Virus record (IMG/VR): IMGVR_UViG_3300022909_001346 | Span: 1-45,688 of that record | DNA: 45,688 nt | Reading direction: 5' to 3' (one strand) | Source of the DNA: a virus | Lineage: Duplodnaviria; Caudoviricetes | Notes under the pieces: model-generated | The model's input: only the letters and a program-made list of their open reading frames with translations | Told to the model about the DNA's origin: nothing | The model's database searches: none | Part shown: positions 43,720-45,688 of the stretch, piece by piece | Numbering within the stretch: position 1 is the first letter of the stretch | How the letters are laid out: each line of letters begins with the position of its first letter | Program-made: the position numbers and the translations under genes

Positions 43720-44242
43720 TTTCCTTCTTTCGTTTCTTCTTTCGTTGAACCATAGGCATGAAAACTGGATCGCGACCTGGCTCTCTTTGGTCTGCGGGTC
43801 CAGTACCTATACCAGCAATGCCGCCACCGCCTACACCCATTTCTTCCATATGAAAGTTTTTGAATGTGAGCATATCATTATGTTCTAAAAGTTTACTTTG
43901 TGCCTGAACAGCTTCTTCTGTCATATAAAGGTCGAGGAGAGATTCCAGTTCTCCCTGATCGTGATCCATCTCTGATGATTCACGCAGTATAGCAATAGCG
44001 GCTGCAAATGTCAAGAGTCTTTTTGCGTTTCGATCAGGGGATTTCATAAGTGCTTTCTGCACCTTGAATACAAATCTTTGTAGAAGTGAATATGAGTCGA
44101 GTTCTTCGGAAGACTGAGGATCTTTTAGCTTCTCTCCGTCCTTATCAATGATACCCATTCTGAAGGCATCGCTACGTTCAATTGGGGTAGCCAACATTCG
44201 GAGTATTCTATATGCTACTACCGCATCTACAAAACGTGACAT
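43709..44242 (-). CDS. Hypothetical protein, T4-like core neighbourhood
   Basis: YRILRMLATP...DAFRMGIIDKDG. Confidence 0.75.
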   Translation of the reverse strand: MSRFVDAVVAYRILRMLATPIERSDAFRMGIIDKDGEKLKDPQSSEELDSYSLLQRFVFKVQKALMKSPDRNAKRLLTFAAAIAILRESSEMDHDQGELESLLDLYMTEEAVQAQSKLLEHNDMLTFKNFHMEEMGVGGGGIAGIGTGPADQREPGRDPVFMPMVQRKKKRKKENVN

Positions 44243-44610
44243 TACAGCTTCCTCAGTGTTTCTAGTACATACCCATCTAATGGTATATACGGCTCGTTGC
44301 TTCCTATCTGTTCTAGTGGCACTCTATTGATGAATACTAGAAATGACTTTAAAATCGCCCAATACTTTTCTTCTATTCTAAAGAAAAGCAAGGGAGTTGC
44401 CGCATTATCAAAAACATTGTACAACACCGTCAAGTGATTGAGTATTAATCTTTCACTCAATACACCCGAAGTTTCGTAACGTCGGAAGAGTCTTTTGACA
44501 TACTTGAATCTTTTCAAGTCATCTTCCATATCAGCCATCCCTTCACACGCCGGGTTGTTATAGTTTTTAATTGCGAAAATTAAATAATTTTCATCATTTA
44601 GTTCAGTCAT
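44242..44610 (-). CDS. Hypothetical protein, T4-like core neighbourhood
   Basis: FAIKNYNNP...DLKRFKYVKRLFRRY...ERLILNH...LYNVF. Confidence 0.8.
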   Translation of the reverse strand: MTELNDENYLIFAIKNYNNPACEGMADMEDDLKRFKYVKRLFRRYETSGVLSERLILNHLTVLYNVFDNAATPLLFFRIEEKYWAILKSFLVFINRVPLEQIGSNEPYIPLDGYVLETLRKL

Positions 44611-44619
44611 TCATATTGG

Positions 44620-45063
44620 TTACGTTGACGTAGCCGTTCCACCTATCATATACCATTTCGTGTTAGTATATATAAGCGTCGCGGTCTTGCCAGCGGCATC
44701 AAATACGATTGTGTCCTGTGCTAAATCTGAGTCATCCAATGTTAATGTATTGCTACTTGTGTTAGATGTGCAGATAATTACCTTTATTTGGCCTTCTACA
44801 CCAGCTGCAATAGTCAGTGTACCGGCACTTGTAGCATTCGTAATGTAACTGATATTAGTAGCAACTGAGACAGCACCTGGTTGGGTTATTGTCTCAGCTC
44901 CTGTTAACGATACCTTACCCGAGAAACTGGCAGGTGTAGCAATTGCTGAAAAGAAATTAGCCACTGTAATCTTATTGTTCGCACTACTACGAGCTAATAC
45001 GATATTATCTGTATTAGCGGTTGTAGTAACTGCGGTCAACTCACTGATTTTTTGATCTGCCAT
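44620..45063 (-). CDS. Putative virion structural (fibre/decoration-like) protein
   Basis: MADQKISELTA N-terminus; Thr/Ala/Gly-rich, beta-strand-like composition. Confidence 0.6.
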   Translation of the reverse strand: MADQKISELTAVTTTANTDNIVLARSSANNKITVANFFSAIATPASFSGKVSLTGAETITQPGAVSVATNISYITNATSAGTLTIAAGVEGQIKVIICTSNTSSNTLTLDDSDLAQDTIVFDAAGKTATLIYTNTKWYMIGGTATST

Positions 45064-45073
45064 TTTCTAACTC

Positions 45074-45514
45074 CTAGGTGATTTCGTTGTCAAAATCTAT
45101 AGTAAAATGCTCATCAGCAGGATATAGCTTAGACGTAACAGTGACTGAATGTTCAGTATTGTGCGCCAATCGTTCTACCAATAATGCATGATCCGTAGTA
45201 TACACTATGGGATCTGCTTCGGAACATTTAAAATATGTTACCAACGTATCACCTAATGCGTTCTCAGTGCTCCATACGGCGCCGTGTTGACAGTTCAAAT
45301 TAGCCTCACAATCTCTATGGGGATTTACATCCCCCATATCGTGCAGTGACCAATCAGATGCTAATGTATCATCAGCGACTACGCCATATATTGCATTGAG
45401 TTCGGTAGCGTAGTCTTCTCCCTGTCTAGAGGCAGCTTCATACGTATCCTTGAAGAAGGATGTACCATCTTCCTTCACTTCAGTAATTACTAACACTCTT
45501 CGTGAGATTGTCAT
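45074..45514 (-). CDS. Hypothetical protein
   Basis: 146-aa acidic ORF. Confidence 0.65.
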   Translation of the reverse strand: MTISRRVLVITEVKEDGTSFFKDTYEAASRQGEDYATELNAIYGVVADDTLASDWSLHDMGDVNPHRDCEANLNCQHGAVWSTENALGDTLVTYFKCSEADPIVYTTDHALLVERLAHNTEHSVTVTSKLYPADEHFTIDFDNEIT

Positions 45515-45518
45515 GAGA

Positions 45519-45688
45519 TTATGCCTCTGTCAACGTTGCCGCAGAAGATGTTACGCTATCAGCACCTGTAGCAGAAATAATCACGCGGTACTGATATGTA
45601 TCAAGACCAGTGTTATCAGAAACAGCTAGTGTAGCAGTAGTGAAGTCGCTGTATACTGCGCCATCAATTGTACCGTCAACCGTAACCC
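45519..45688 (-). CDS. Ig-like domain virion protein (Hoc-like), C-terminal fragment
   Basis: Translated by hand: ...TTATLAVSDNTGLDTYQYRVIISATGADSVTSSAATLTEA*, an Ig-type pattern (TLxV...YxYRV...SxAATL). Confidence 0.65.
   Translation of the reverse strand, partial: VTVDGTIDGAVYSDFTTATLAVSDNTGLDTYQYRVIISATGADSVTSSAATLTEA

Noticed and set aside
1-45688. Alternative genetic code or stop-codon recoding
   Set aside because: Core genes are full-length under the standard code and use TAA, TAG and TGA as stops.

Overview
This window is a 45.7-kb segment of a large T4-like (myovirus-type) dsDNA phage genome, probably aquatic. It holds the core genes primase gp61, thyX, nrdA, nrdB, glutaredoxin, RNase H and dCMP deaminase, T4 late promoters (TATAAATA) and consensus sigma70 promoters. 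Most genes are on the minus strand. The first ~12 kb is a dense biosynthetic island: UDP-sugar dehydrogenase, a short DegT-type aminotransferase, an amidinotransferase, two 2OG-Fe(II)/cupin oxygenases, two GT10-like glycosyltransferases, an epimerase/dehydratase, a radical SAM enzyme, a methyltransferase, two SGNH proteins, a GNAT and a fatty-acid desaturase. My best candidate for an undescribed system is this island, read as a phage-encoded guanidino-sugar/glycan pathway. Also present are a late-promoter-driven module of three exported proteins (Asn/Thr-repeat protein, NIDO-like/Cys-repeat protein, membrane-anchored coiled coil), five dispersed SGNH paralogues (one apparently catalytically dead), iscU with three radical SAM enzymes, and a QueC-like gene inside the nrd operon. 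An early-gene region (about 22-30 kb) has a repeated ~100-bp promoter/operator element and a gene-poor segment with 39-bp repeats. All product calls come from reading motifs by eye; no database search was run.
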